A stretch of 64,000 bases of DNA from a plasmid. The notes under the pieces are model-generated. The model was not told the DNA's origin, did not search any database, and saw only the letters and a program-made list of their open reading frames with translations. The position numbers and the translations under genes were made by a program. The stretch lies in the sequence record CP113993.1, one strand, 5' to 3'. This document shows, in pieces, positions 1 through 7,943 of the stretch; within the stretch, counting starts at the first letter, position 1, and every line of letters begins with the position of its first letter.

Positions 1-63
1 GATCCGTATAGCTTTTTTCGGATCTCAGCGGAAAAGAGAGAACTATGTATAGGTGTGAGATAT

Positions 64-139
64 CCATATGCCCAACATCTGCATATGCGTGGCATACGCA
101 TATCCTCACCATCTGCATATGCTGCATATATACATATGC
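64..139. promoter_or_regulatory. cluster of self-complementary GCATATGC boxes and 13-bp direct repeats upstream of vapB; probable VapB (AbrB/SpoVT-type) operator
   Basis: GCATATGC at 81-88 and 115-122, CCATATGC at 64-71, CATATATACATATGC at 125-139; 13-mer CATCTGCATATGC at 76-88 and 110-122; lies ~100 bp 5' of vapB. Confidence 0.4.
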
Positions 140-235
140 TGAACATCTGCCTATACTGAACAGATGCACACACCCGGTGCAATGAACATCATTCCGGATA
201 TGCATCACATATCCACACTTACCCGGGAGAGAATC

Positions 236-466
236 ATGAGAACCGTATCTATTTTTAAAAACGGCAACAACCGCGCCATCCGCCTTCCCCGCGATCTGGA
301 TTTTGATGGAGTGAGCGAGCTGGAAATCGTCCGGGAAGGGGACAGCATCATCCTGCGCCCTGTCCGGCCGACCTGGGGCTCGTTCGCGCAGCTCGAAAAA
401 GCTGACCCGGGCTTTATGGCGGAGCGTGAGGACGTTGTCAGCGACGAAGGACGATTTAACCTGTGA
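236..466 (+). CDS. vapB: VapB/VagC antitoxin (AbrB/SpoVT-like swapped-hairpin DNA-binding domain)
   Basis: MRTVSIFKNGNNRAIRLPRDLDF... N-terminus typical of VagC/VapB; 4-bp ATGA overlap with downstream PIN toxin gene; start taken at internal Met of the 164-466 ORF. Confidence 0.75.
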   Translation: MRTVSIFKNGNNRAIRLPRDLDFDGVSELEIVREGDSIILRPVRPTWGSFAQLEKADPGFMAEREDVVSDEGRFNL

Positions 467-879
467 AGAAAATGTATATGCTCGACACGAACATCTGCTC
501 GTTCATCATGCGCGAGCAGCCCGAAGCGGTGCTGAAGCGCCTGGAGCAGGCGGTGCTGCGCGGCCACCGTATTGTGGTCTCGGCCATCACCTACTCAGAG
601 ATGCGCTTCGGCGCCACCGGCCCGAAGGCCTCGCCGCGTCACATTGAACTGGTTGACGCGTTCTGCGCCCGCCTCGATGCTATCCTGCCCTGGGACCGGG
701 CCGCGGTGAACGCCACCACGGAGATTAAGGTGGCGCTACGCCTCGCCGGGACGCCGATCGGCCCGAACGACACGGCGATCGCCGGGCACGCTATTGCCGC
801 CGGCGCGGTACTGGTGACAAATAATACGCGGGAGTTTGAGCGGGTGCCGGGTCTTGTTCTGGAAGACTGGGGAAGATAA
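463..879 (+). CDS. vapC: VapC/VagD PIN-domain ribonuclease toxin
   Basis: MLDTNICSF...; acidic PIN residues (D at N-terminus, TNNTREF near C-terminus); translationally coupled to vapB. Confidence 0.8.
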   Translation: MKKMYMLDTNICSFIMREQPEAVLKRLEQAVLRGHRIVVSAITYSEMRFGATGPKASPRHIELVDAFCARLDAILPWDRAAVNATTEIKVALRLAGTPIGPNDTAIAGHAIAAGAVLVTNNTREFERVPGLVLEDWGR

Positions 880-1448
880 CGCTGTAAAACAAAATGTGCG
901 GAGGCGTTTCCGCTCACGGCCTCCCGGTATGAGACTGACGTCGGCGACGCGCTGGACGCTCTGCTGGCACGCGCTAGATTCAACGCCGCCCAGGCACAGG
1001 AGCTGCGGTGGCACCGCATACGCTGGCCGCTGACGGGTGATGAAGAATTTGAGCAGCGCTACGGGAAATCTTGATTAAACGCATCCGTGAAAAAAGGAAT
1101 ACTGAAAATGGCCAGAATTCAGTGCAACCGTGATCGGGGCAATAATTCATTCGACGGGGTGATTTGTCTGGCCCGGGGAAAATCGTTAACTGTGTACTAC
1201 ATGTTGCTTTTCGTTTTAAAAAACTTATATACAGCGAATGTTATTCAGAACGAAAGTACTTTCTCCAGCCGCAACCTGCTCATCTGGTATTCCTCATCTG
1301 TTACACTCCCCGCTTACAGTCTGTCCAGACCGTATCGTATAGTTCCGGGAGGAGCTCCTTCTCAGCCAAATTAAAGCCACACGGTCAGGATTATACCCAG
1401 AAGCCCGTTAATCGTGCTGCCCACAGGGGGACGTATTTTTATCCGCAC

Positions 1449-2297
1449 TCATGACGTCGTTGTCCGGCTGAAGCGGTAAAACCGGTCTGGCTCACTGACT
1501 ATCCACAGCGAATTCCGGCCATCAGAAGCTATCCCTTCCGCCTGCGGAATGTCCCGCTCCAGACCACTGTGTCCCCGGCGCAGCGGCATCACCCTCCTGC
1601 CGCCCTCCGGGTCTGACACCAGCACCAGGGCTGATTCATGGGAAAGCACATACAGCCGCCTGTTTATCCTGTCGTAATGCAGACCGGAGATATCCTTCAG
1701 GAACCACGGCAGGGACAACCGGTGCGTCAGTGAATCACTGACCGACAGAGAGTCATGGCTGTGGTCCGTTTCTAAAAAACGAAGCGGTTTCTTTTCCTGC
1801 GCCACCATCAGGGCATTCTCTCCCCGTCCACGGGCAAGGCCTTCAAAACCGGCATTGTCGCTTTTTCTGTCCACATCCAGGGTCAGGGTGTATGACGCCG
1901 GCGGCAGGACAGACGTATTCCTGTCAATGTGGTGGGTGGTGAGTATCCGCTCCCGTTCCCGGGACAGGACATAGCGGTTCCGGCCGAGATACTCAATGGC
2001 CTCAAAATCATGGTCGCCATCCGATGGTATCACCCGCAGCACGTTCCCGTCCGTGTCCAGCTCCACCACCGACGACGGATGGTCGGTCACGGCAAACAGC
2101 GTTCCGCTGTCCGGGTTCCACGTCAGGCCGGAGAGACCGCCCTGTATACCGGGAATGTCTTTTTCTGTCGCAAGCTGCCACTGCGTTTCCTCCGGGTACC
2201 AGGTTTCCGGAAAATACAGTGTGGCCGCACCGGCCACCATCAGAAGAGCGCCAGCCAGCAGTGCCGGTTTTTGTTTAAGTAAACGTCTCAGAGTCAT
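1449..2297 (-). CDS. SdiA-regulated domain (YjiK-like) protein with N-terminal signal/TM segment
   Basis: 282 aa; motifs LSGLTWNPDSGTLFAVTD and DFEAIEYLG resemble the YjiK/SdiA-regulated beta-propeller family; lies 3' of the fimbrial regulators as in pef-srg loci. Confidence 0.45.
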   Translation of the reverse strand: MTLRRLLKQKPALLAGALLMVAGAATLYFPETWYPEETQWQLATEKDIPGIQGGLSGLTWNPDSGTLFAVTDHPSSVVELDTDGNVLRVIPSDGDHDFEAIEYLGRNRYVLSRERERILTTHHIDRNTSVLPPASYTLTLDVDRKSDNAGFEGLARGRGENALMVAQEKKPLRFLETDHSHDSLSVSDSLTHRLSLPWFLKDISGLHYDRINRRLYVLSHESALVLVSDPEGGRRVMPLRRGHSGLERDIPQAEGIASDGRNSLWIVSEPDRFYRFSRTTTS

Positions 2298-2744
2298 GGT
2301 TCCGGATATTCAATTCATCGCATTACATGCAGTCAATGACAAACCAGAGCATGGCCAGGGCTCCGGTCAGGAAGCCGGAGATGAAAGCGCTGGTCAGCAG
2401 CAGTAAAATCAGCGCCCGGAGCGAAAAGCGTCCCCCGCCATACCCGGCGCGTCTTTCGTCATCCGGCATGTTGTCCTTCTGCAAAAAAATTCTCCGGGGA
2501 ATTACCGGTATGGAGATGTCCGGATAAAAAGAGCTTTATTCCCGTAAGGCCTGTCATGCAGCCCCGGATTATATTCATTCCATATTCAGTAACAGGAATA
2601 CCGATACAAAAAACACCAGTGATATCATGACGACAAAAGAAATACAGATGTAATAAATCATCTTCAGAAAGTTCATCAGTCAGTTACCGCAATATCTGTT
2701 CCGGCCACTTGTTCTCTCCATGCCCTTGTTTTACCGGATATCGG

Positions 2745-2957
2745 TCAGACCAGCCGCCATCGTCCGGACACGCCTTTATCTGCATTCATTTTCTCCACCA
2801 CCCCGGCTCCCTCAAGCGTGGCCAGGTAAGACCGGGCCTGGTATATTGTCAGTCCGGCCGCATCCGCAATACTCCGGGTCCTGACCGGTATATTTATCCT
2901 GCCGTTTGCCTGTGACTGCATAAAAGACAGAATTTTGTCGCAAGCGTCATTACTCAT
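2745..2957 (-). CDS. PapI/PefI/FaeA-family small winged-helix fimbrial regulator
   Basis: 70 aa from internal Met MSNDACDKILSF...; GLTIYQARSYLATLEGAGVV matches the PapI-family motif (DYQARYYL..LEKAG). Confidence 0.7.
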   Translation of the reverse strand: MSNDACDKILSFMQSQANGRINIPVRTRSIADAAGLTIYQARSYLATLEGAGVVEKMNADKGVSGRWRLV

Positions 2958-3022
2958 TTTGTTCTCCTGTATCAACGGGCAGATAACGGCCCCCCGGAAG
3001 CTGAAATACCTGCCCCGGGTCT

Positions 3023-3613
3023 TCACCTGTCAGAACCGTTGTCCGGCTCATCAGTAATCACCCCGGGCAACAGGCCGCTCGTGCACAGCACATGCAGGTT
3101 CTCCACCCCCGCATACTCCACCATACAGGCCCGGAGGTAATAATCCTTGCGTGATGCCGCCTTCAGTGACGCATTCCTGGTTATGGCCGTACACAGGGAT
3201 ATCAGAGTCCGCTTTCGCAAGTCAGTCAGTTCACCTGAGCTTTCCGGCCCGGCACTTCCCTTAAGCGCCTGCCGCAGCATGTCACGCAGCCGGAGGAGGC
3301 TGTCCCGGCCACTGATAACCTGCGCGGTTCCTCTCAGGAGCCGCATTTCCTGCAGCCGCGAAGGTACCAGAACAACCATGGGAACCGGACTGGCCGCGTG
3401 CAGCATTCTGATGCCCTGCAGATGCCGTCCCCAGCCGGCCAGCGGCTCCGCACTCAGTGCCACCAGGACCAGGTCATATGCCCCGGGAGGTGACATCTCC
3501 GGCCGCATCACGGCATACCCCATACCGGCAAGCAGATATGACAGCCCCAGCAGTTCATATTCACAGTTACCCGTCAACAGTATGCGTTTCCGGCGGGACA
3601 TGGTATTTTCCAT
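3023..3613 (-). CDS. LuxR-type HTH regulator with degenerate receiver-like N-domain (SrgD/Orf7-like)
   Basis: KRILLTGNCEYELLGLSYLL is receiver-like but lacks the phospho-acceptor Asp; C-terminus LTDLRKRTLISL...SRKDYYLRACMVEYAGVENLHVL has LuxR/GerE HTH spacing. Confidence 0.35.
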   Translation of the reverse strand: MENTMSRRKRILLTGNCEYELLGLSYLLAGMGYAVMRPEMSPPGAYDLVLVALSAEPLAGWGRHLQGIRMLHAASPVPMVVLVPSRLQEMRLLRGTAQVISGRDSLLRLRDMLRQALKGSAGPESSGELTDLRKRTLISLCTAITRNASLKAASRKDYYLRACMVEYAGVENLHVLCTSGLLPGVITDEPDNGSDR

Positions 3614-3815
3614 TTATTCTGCCCCCGCTAACTTAACGCCAGGCTCATCAGCCCTGCCAGCCCCACAAGAACCAGCAGATAAACCGTGACCAGTACACGT
3701 ACAGATATTTTCATTACGATCCCTGCTCAGAAATAGTTCACCACCGGCGTCAGGTTGCCCTGCCAGCGCATCCGGGCGGGCCGGGACATATTCAGGGATA
3801 CGGACACCGGTGGCC

Positions 3816-4580
3816 TCACCGGTATTCAATGCTCACTGCCAGGGAGGTGTGCCAGCGGGACGGTATCTCCCCCTTAAAACGCAGTTCCCCGCTGTCCGCC
3901 ACCGTCTGTGCGCCGTATACCCCGTCAACCTGGCGCAGGGCGGCGTCACTGAACCGGCTCAGTCCGGTCACGCTGCTGACCGTCATCTCCCGGAGCCAGG
4001 CCGGGCCTTCACTGTCAAACAGGGTCTGCAGTACACCCGGCGTCTGCTCCGCCGGCATCACCTGCCCCTGCGCCGGCAGGCCGTTACCCTGCAGGTCGTC
4101 ATACAACCCGGCATACTCCGCCCGGTCTCCCCGGACATGGCGCAGCACACCCGCCGTCTGCAGCCTGAAGCTGAACGTCCCGGTACGGACATTTCCCTCC
4201 CCCGTCACCGGCAGTGTCACCGATGCCGTCCCCGGTGCCGTCCACATCAGTGCAAAACCCTCTGTTCCATTACCGTACGTCACCTGCGGCGCAAGCCCCT
4301 CCCGGCCTGCCGGGGTGGTCAGGATAGTTTTTCCCAGCAGGACCGTCATGGCCGGCAGGGGAACCGGTATTACCTGCTCCCCACTGCGCAGGACTGAGTG
4401 TGCCTTCGTGTTTATCTGTGTGTTCCCTTCCCCGACCTTCCAGACCCAGGGATTACGGGTGCTGGTCACCGGCCCGCCCAGCTTCAGCTCTCCGCTGAAG
4501 TCTTCCCCCGGCGTGTTCCACGCCAGCACACAGGACGGCAGCAGACTGGCGGCCAGCAGTAAAATCGTCATTCGTTTCAT
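3816..4580 (-). CDS. K88/F4-type minor fimbrial subunit (FaeI/FaeJ-like)
   Basis: 254 aa, signal peptide MKRMTILLLAASLLPSCVLA, C-terminal beta-strand ending ..SIEYR; last structural gene of the operon. Confidence 0.6.
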   Translation of the reverse strand: MKRMTILLLAASLLPSCVLAWNTPGEDFSGELKLGGPVTSTRNPWVWKVGEGNTQINTKAHSVLRSGEQVIPVPLPAMTVLLGKTILTTPAGREGLAPQVTYGNGTEGFALMWTAPGTASVTLPVTGEGNVRTGTFSFRLQTAGVLRHVRGDRAEYAGLYDDLQGNGLPAQGQVMPAEQTPGVLQTLFDSEGPAWLREMTVSSVTGLSRFSDAALRQVDGVYGAQTVADSGELRFKGEIPSRWHTSLAVSIEYR

Positions 4581-4607
4581 TGTGTTCTTCCTCTCCCTGC
4601 CCGTTCT

Positions 4608-5399
4608 TTACTGGACCGTCACACTCAGCCCGGCCTGCCACTGCGCCGGCGTATTTTCTGCCGGCAGGCGCAGCTCAAAATCCGAGACGGCGGACGCATA
4701 GGCAGCCGCCAGCTGCGTCACCCGGGCGTCAGCCAGCACGCCCTGACTGATAACCTGACCGTTATCCGCCGTGCTCATTCCGTTACCGAAGCCCCGGTTC
4801 AGCATCAGCAGGGAAGGCAGGCGGCTTTTAAGCCACTGCGGCAAGGTGCCGGCCTGCACGCCGCTCACGCTCTGCCCGTTAACGAGCGACATACCTGCCG
4901 GCAAAACCGCCCCGTCTTCCTGGTGTCCGGCGCTGACGGCCATTCCCTGGTCAAGGGTGAAAGAAAGCTGTCCCGCCACGTGACCGTTCTCCGGGTTACG
5001 TACCGGGACAGAGGCGCGGAAGTGCTGCGCCGTCGTGCTACCGCCAGCCGTCACGGAAAACGGCTGACCGTTACTGCTGAACGTGATGAAAGGCGTGAAG
5101 CCGGGACCACCGCGCTCTGCCACCTCATACAGGTGGCCTTCCAGAAACGGCAGGGTGCCCTTACTGCGCAGGTCAAAAACAAGAAAGCCGTTTTCATTAC
5201 GGGCATCAGCGGTGTCCACCGCCCATGTCTGGTCAGGAGAGCCCACCTGCCAGGTCCATTTCGGGGCCTCGTCAGTGACCAGACCGTGAAACTGTATTTC
5301 CCCGCCGTCAAGAATTCCGGCCCGGGGTGCTGCGGAATAAAACAGGGCCAGCGCGGCCAGGGCGGAAATAATAGATTTATAATGATGCGTTATTTTCAT
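4608..5399 (-). CDS. K88/F4-type minor fimbrial subunit (FaeH-like)
   Basis: 263 aa, signal peptide; size and position match FaeH (267 aa) in the fae operon; C-terminal LSVTVQ. Confidence 0.6.
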   Translation of the reverse strand: MKITHHYKSIISALAALALFYSAAPRAGILDGGEIQFHGLVTDEAPKWTWQVGSPDQTWAVDTADARNENGFLVFDLRSKGTLPFLEGHLYEVAERGGPGFTPFITFSSNGQPFSVTAGGSTTAQHFRASVPVRNPENGHVAGQLSFTLDQGMAVSAGHQEDGAVLPAGMSLVNGQSVSGVQAGTLPQWLKSRLPSLLMLNRGFGNGMSTADNGQVISQGVLADARVTQLAAAYASAVSDFELRLPAENTPAQWQAGLSVTVQ

Positions 5400-5559
5400 C
5401 GTTATTCACTCTGTTTTATCCGGACATACAACCCCAGACAGGTCAGAAACTGGTTTTTTATTAAAATAAAGGACAAGCTGGCATTCTGAGCAAAAAACGC
5501 AGAAGGCCAGACTTGAATTAACCCTTGATGGTTATAATATAATATTTAAAAGACAGATA

Positions 5560-6384
5560 TTAAGAATAAGAGACAGTAATATGCAGCGGTGCAACCCACT
5601 CCGTATTTTCAGTAACAGCCTCATTGAATTTTACCTTCTGGGACACTCCAGCTTTTATACCAAAGGCATAAGAAGCAGCACCACCACTAATTCTATCGAT
5701 AGTCCCCTCCATGGGAGTGTTACCACCTTTTTTTGTTACGTCTGGATACTTTTTAGTTACGAGAGCCAGCAAATCATCACTTCCAAGCCCCCCAAATGAA
5801 ACGAGTCCTGAGTATGAAACCGCATTTTCAGGTGCGCCACCATAAAAAATCTGGCCAGGCTGCTTCGAGTACACTGAGCCGAAGAACGCCATATCATTTC
5901 CTTTAGCGTGATACATCACTAAGGTTTGTGCTGTTCCAGTAAGAGTAAAAACACCGCTCTGGAGAGAGTCTTTCCCTTTTACAGGGATCTGTAAGCTAAC
6001 AGAACTTCTGTCGTTAGATACCATTTCGATTTTATTACCATCAAATCCACTGAACTGGATTTGCGGAGCAGCCCCATATCCAGCCTGAAAATCTAGAGGA
6101 AAGGCCTCCGTTACCTTCCCCACAAGAACAGGCATATTCTCTTTGGCTGCAAATGTTAATTCAGTCTTGTCTTCTGACAGATCAGTGAAAGAGCTTTGGA
6201 AACTATCAAATCCAGCTCCAACACCCCATACCCATTGATTCTGGTATTCAGGTTTGGTAATTGTACCACCAAAATTCACAGTCTGATCTAGATTACCGGG
6301 TTGCTGCCAGCTTACATCAGCCATAACTTGACCAGACATTAACGCAGAAGCAGCCACCGCCAGTGCCATCAGTGTTTTTTTCAT
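5560..6384 (-). CDS. K88/F4-type major fimbrial subunit/adhesin (FaeG-like)
   Basis: 274 aa, signal peptide MKKTLMALAVAASALMSGQVMA; size and position match FaeG; markedly lower GC than flanking fae-like genes. Confidence 0.6.
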   Translation of the reverse strand: MKKTLMALAVAASALMSGQVMADVSWQQPGNLDQTVNFGGTITKPEYQNQWVWGVGAGFDSFQSSFTDLSEDKTELTFAAKENMPVLVGKVTEAFPLDFQAGYGAAPQIQFSGFDGNKIEMVSNDRSSVSLQIPVKGKDSLQSGVFTLTGTAQTLVMYHAKGNDMAFFGSVYSKQPGQIFYGGAPENAVSYSGLVSFGGLGSDDLLALVTKKYPDVTKKGGNTPMEGTIDRISGGAASYAFGIKAGVSQKVKFNEAVTENTEWVAPLHITVSYS

Positions 6385-6608
6385 GAGTTTAAATTCCTTT
6401 CAGTTTTATAAAACAATTAAAGAACTATTTTGTTATTAAATGGTAATTCCGTCTGTTACCCGGTCTTACCGCAAAACCATCCCCTGCCACCTTATTCAGG
6501 TGGCATCACTGAGATATTTATCCCTGTAATACAGAATGGCTTTACGTTATTGCCGTAAATAACAGTGCGGCATTCACTCCGGTAATGCGTGGTGTCCTGC
6601 CGTTCTTT

Positions 6609-7103
6609 TTAACTGACGCTTACTCCTTCCACTTCCACCGGCACCTGCACATTTCCCCGGTAGTTCGCCGGCACCTCCAGCTCCGCCGGCGCGTCACTTC
6701 TCAGCTCCACCTGCCGGGTTGCCGCCGGTACTGTGATCACCACATCCTCTCCCCGCTGGCTGGCCGAGAGGGCCGCCCGCTGCCCGTCCACCATCAGGGT
6801 GGTCTTCAGCGTGAGCCGTGCATCCCGGCCGTCTCCCAGTGTCCGTTTCACCGTGATATACACCATGTTTCCGGAGGCCGGACGGCTTTCCGCATTACGG
6901 ATAACCAGCGTCTCCGGCAGCGGACCGTTGCTCTCCGTCCGGTACAGCACCGGGTCCGCCGGGGTGCGCGTCACCTTCACCACGCTGTTGCCCACCACCT
7001 GACCGTTCACCACGCCCAGGTACTGCGTCTTCTCGCTGTAATCCGCCGCCAGGACCGGCAGGGCGCTGAAGAGGGCTACCGCCATCAGTGCTTTTTTCAT
7101 CAT
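6609..7103 (-). CDS. minor fimbrial subunit (FaeF-like)
   Basis: 164 aa with signal peptide MMKKALMAVALFSALPVLA; FaeF is 163 aa and follows the chaperone gene. Confidence 0.55.
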   Translation of the reverse strand: MMKKALMAVALFSALPVLAADYSEKTQYLGVVNGQVVGNSVVKVTRTPADPVLYRTESNGPLPETLVIRNAESRPASGNMVYITVKRTLGDGRDARLTLKTTLMVDGQRAALSASQRGEDVVITVPAATRQVELRSDAPAELEVPANYRGNVQVPVEVEGVSVS

Positions 7104-7135
7104 GGTTTCTCCTTACTCCGCAGGACCGGAAAGGA

Positions 7136-7930
7136 TTATTTTTTACCTGCCCCGGCCGCTGTTTTCGTCTCCGGGACCGTCTTTGCCTCCGGTGCCGCCA
7201 CTTTTTTCTGGTTGATGGTCCAGGTCTGCAGCTCGCCGTAATCGTTCAGGGAATCCACCTTCACCACATTCCCCTTCACCTGCACCTCATCCCCCGGCAT
7301 AAACATCAGCAGTTTCTGGGCGGTGTCGTTGTCCACCGCAACCTTTTTACCGTTCGCATCCAGCAGGCTGCCGATGGCGTAGATATACGGCGTGGTGTTG
7401 ACCAGCATCGTCCGCCCGTCCGGACGGACCTGCAGGCTGATGCCTTCCTCGGCGCCTTTACGGTCCTTCAGCAGCGCCTCCGGGCGGTAGAACAGCTTCA
7501 GCTTCGTGCGCAGGGCAATGGCAATTCCGCTGCCCTTCAGCGCCGGCGGAATATCCTGCAGGTTCAGCCAGTACACTGACTCTTTATCCTTCGGCAGGTG
7601 GTCAGAGGCCATGATGATACGCAGCGTCTGCTGCCCCTGCGGTTTCACCTTAAAAAAGGACGGTGTCACCACAAACGTCGGGCGGGTGTCTTTCTCCACA
7701 ATATTGTCCACCCACGCCTGGCCGCCGAAAGTACGCTCCTTGTCATTGTTGGTCACCGTGATGGTCAGCGCGTCCTTGTCGCCGCGAAAAATATAGCGGG
7801 TCTGGTCCGCCGCCAGGGAAGCCAGCGCACTCTGGCTCGCCATCATCAGGGCCAGGGTCATTCCCAGCGCCTTCGTCACTCTGTTACGGAAAAAAGAACG
7901 CATTTTCTGGGTCTGTTTCATCGTCATCAT
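7136..7930 (-). CDS. periplasmic fimbrial chaperone (PapD/FaeE/PefD family)
   Basis: 264 aa; signal peptide, Ig-like chaperone motifs (RYIFRGDKDALTITVTNN, YWLNLQDIPP); directly 3' of usher. Confidence 0.8.
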   Translation of the reverse strand: MMTMKQTQKMRSFFRNRVTKALGMTLALMMASQSALASLAADQTRYIFRGDKDALTITVTNNDKERTFGGQAWVDNIVEKDTRPTFVVTPSFFKVKPQGQQTLRIIMASDHLPKDKESVYWLNLQDIPPALKGSGIAIALRTKLKLFYRPEALLKDRKGAEEGISLQVRPDGRTMLVNTTPYIYAIGSLLDANGKKVAVDNDTAQKLLMFMPGDEVQVKGNVVKVDSLNDYGELQTWTINQKKVAAPEAKTVPETKTAAGAGKK

Positions 7931-7943
7931 TGTCCGGTTATGC

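Noticed and set aside
899-1072. Open frame ending ...DALLARARFNAAQAQELRWHRIRWPLTGDEEFEQRYGKS* just 3' of vapC
   Set aside because: It has no start codon or RBS (the frame opens right after a stop at 896-898). It is probably a 3' gene remnant, and its family was not recognised.
1087-1454. Two overlapping small + strand ORFs (95 and 96 aa)
   Set aside because: They are AT-rich and low-complexity, with no RBS and no recognisable motifs. They are probably intergenic noise between vapC and the YjiK-like gene.
3829-4701. 290-aa + strand ORF and other long + strand ORFs (7598-7957, 8102-8416, 8496-9050, 9232-9873) inside the fimbrial cluster
   Set aside because: All are antisense to well-supported minus-strand fimbrial genes in a ~60% GC region where long spurious ORFs are expected. 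Their composition is Pro/Arg/Ser-rich and non-protein-like.
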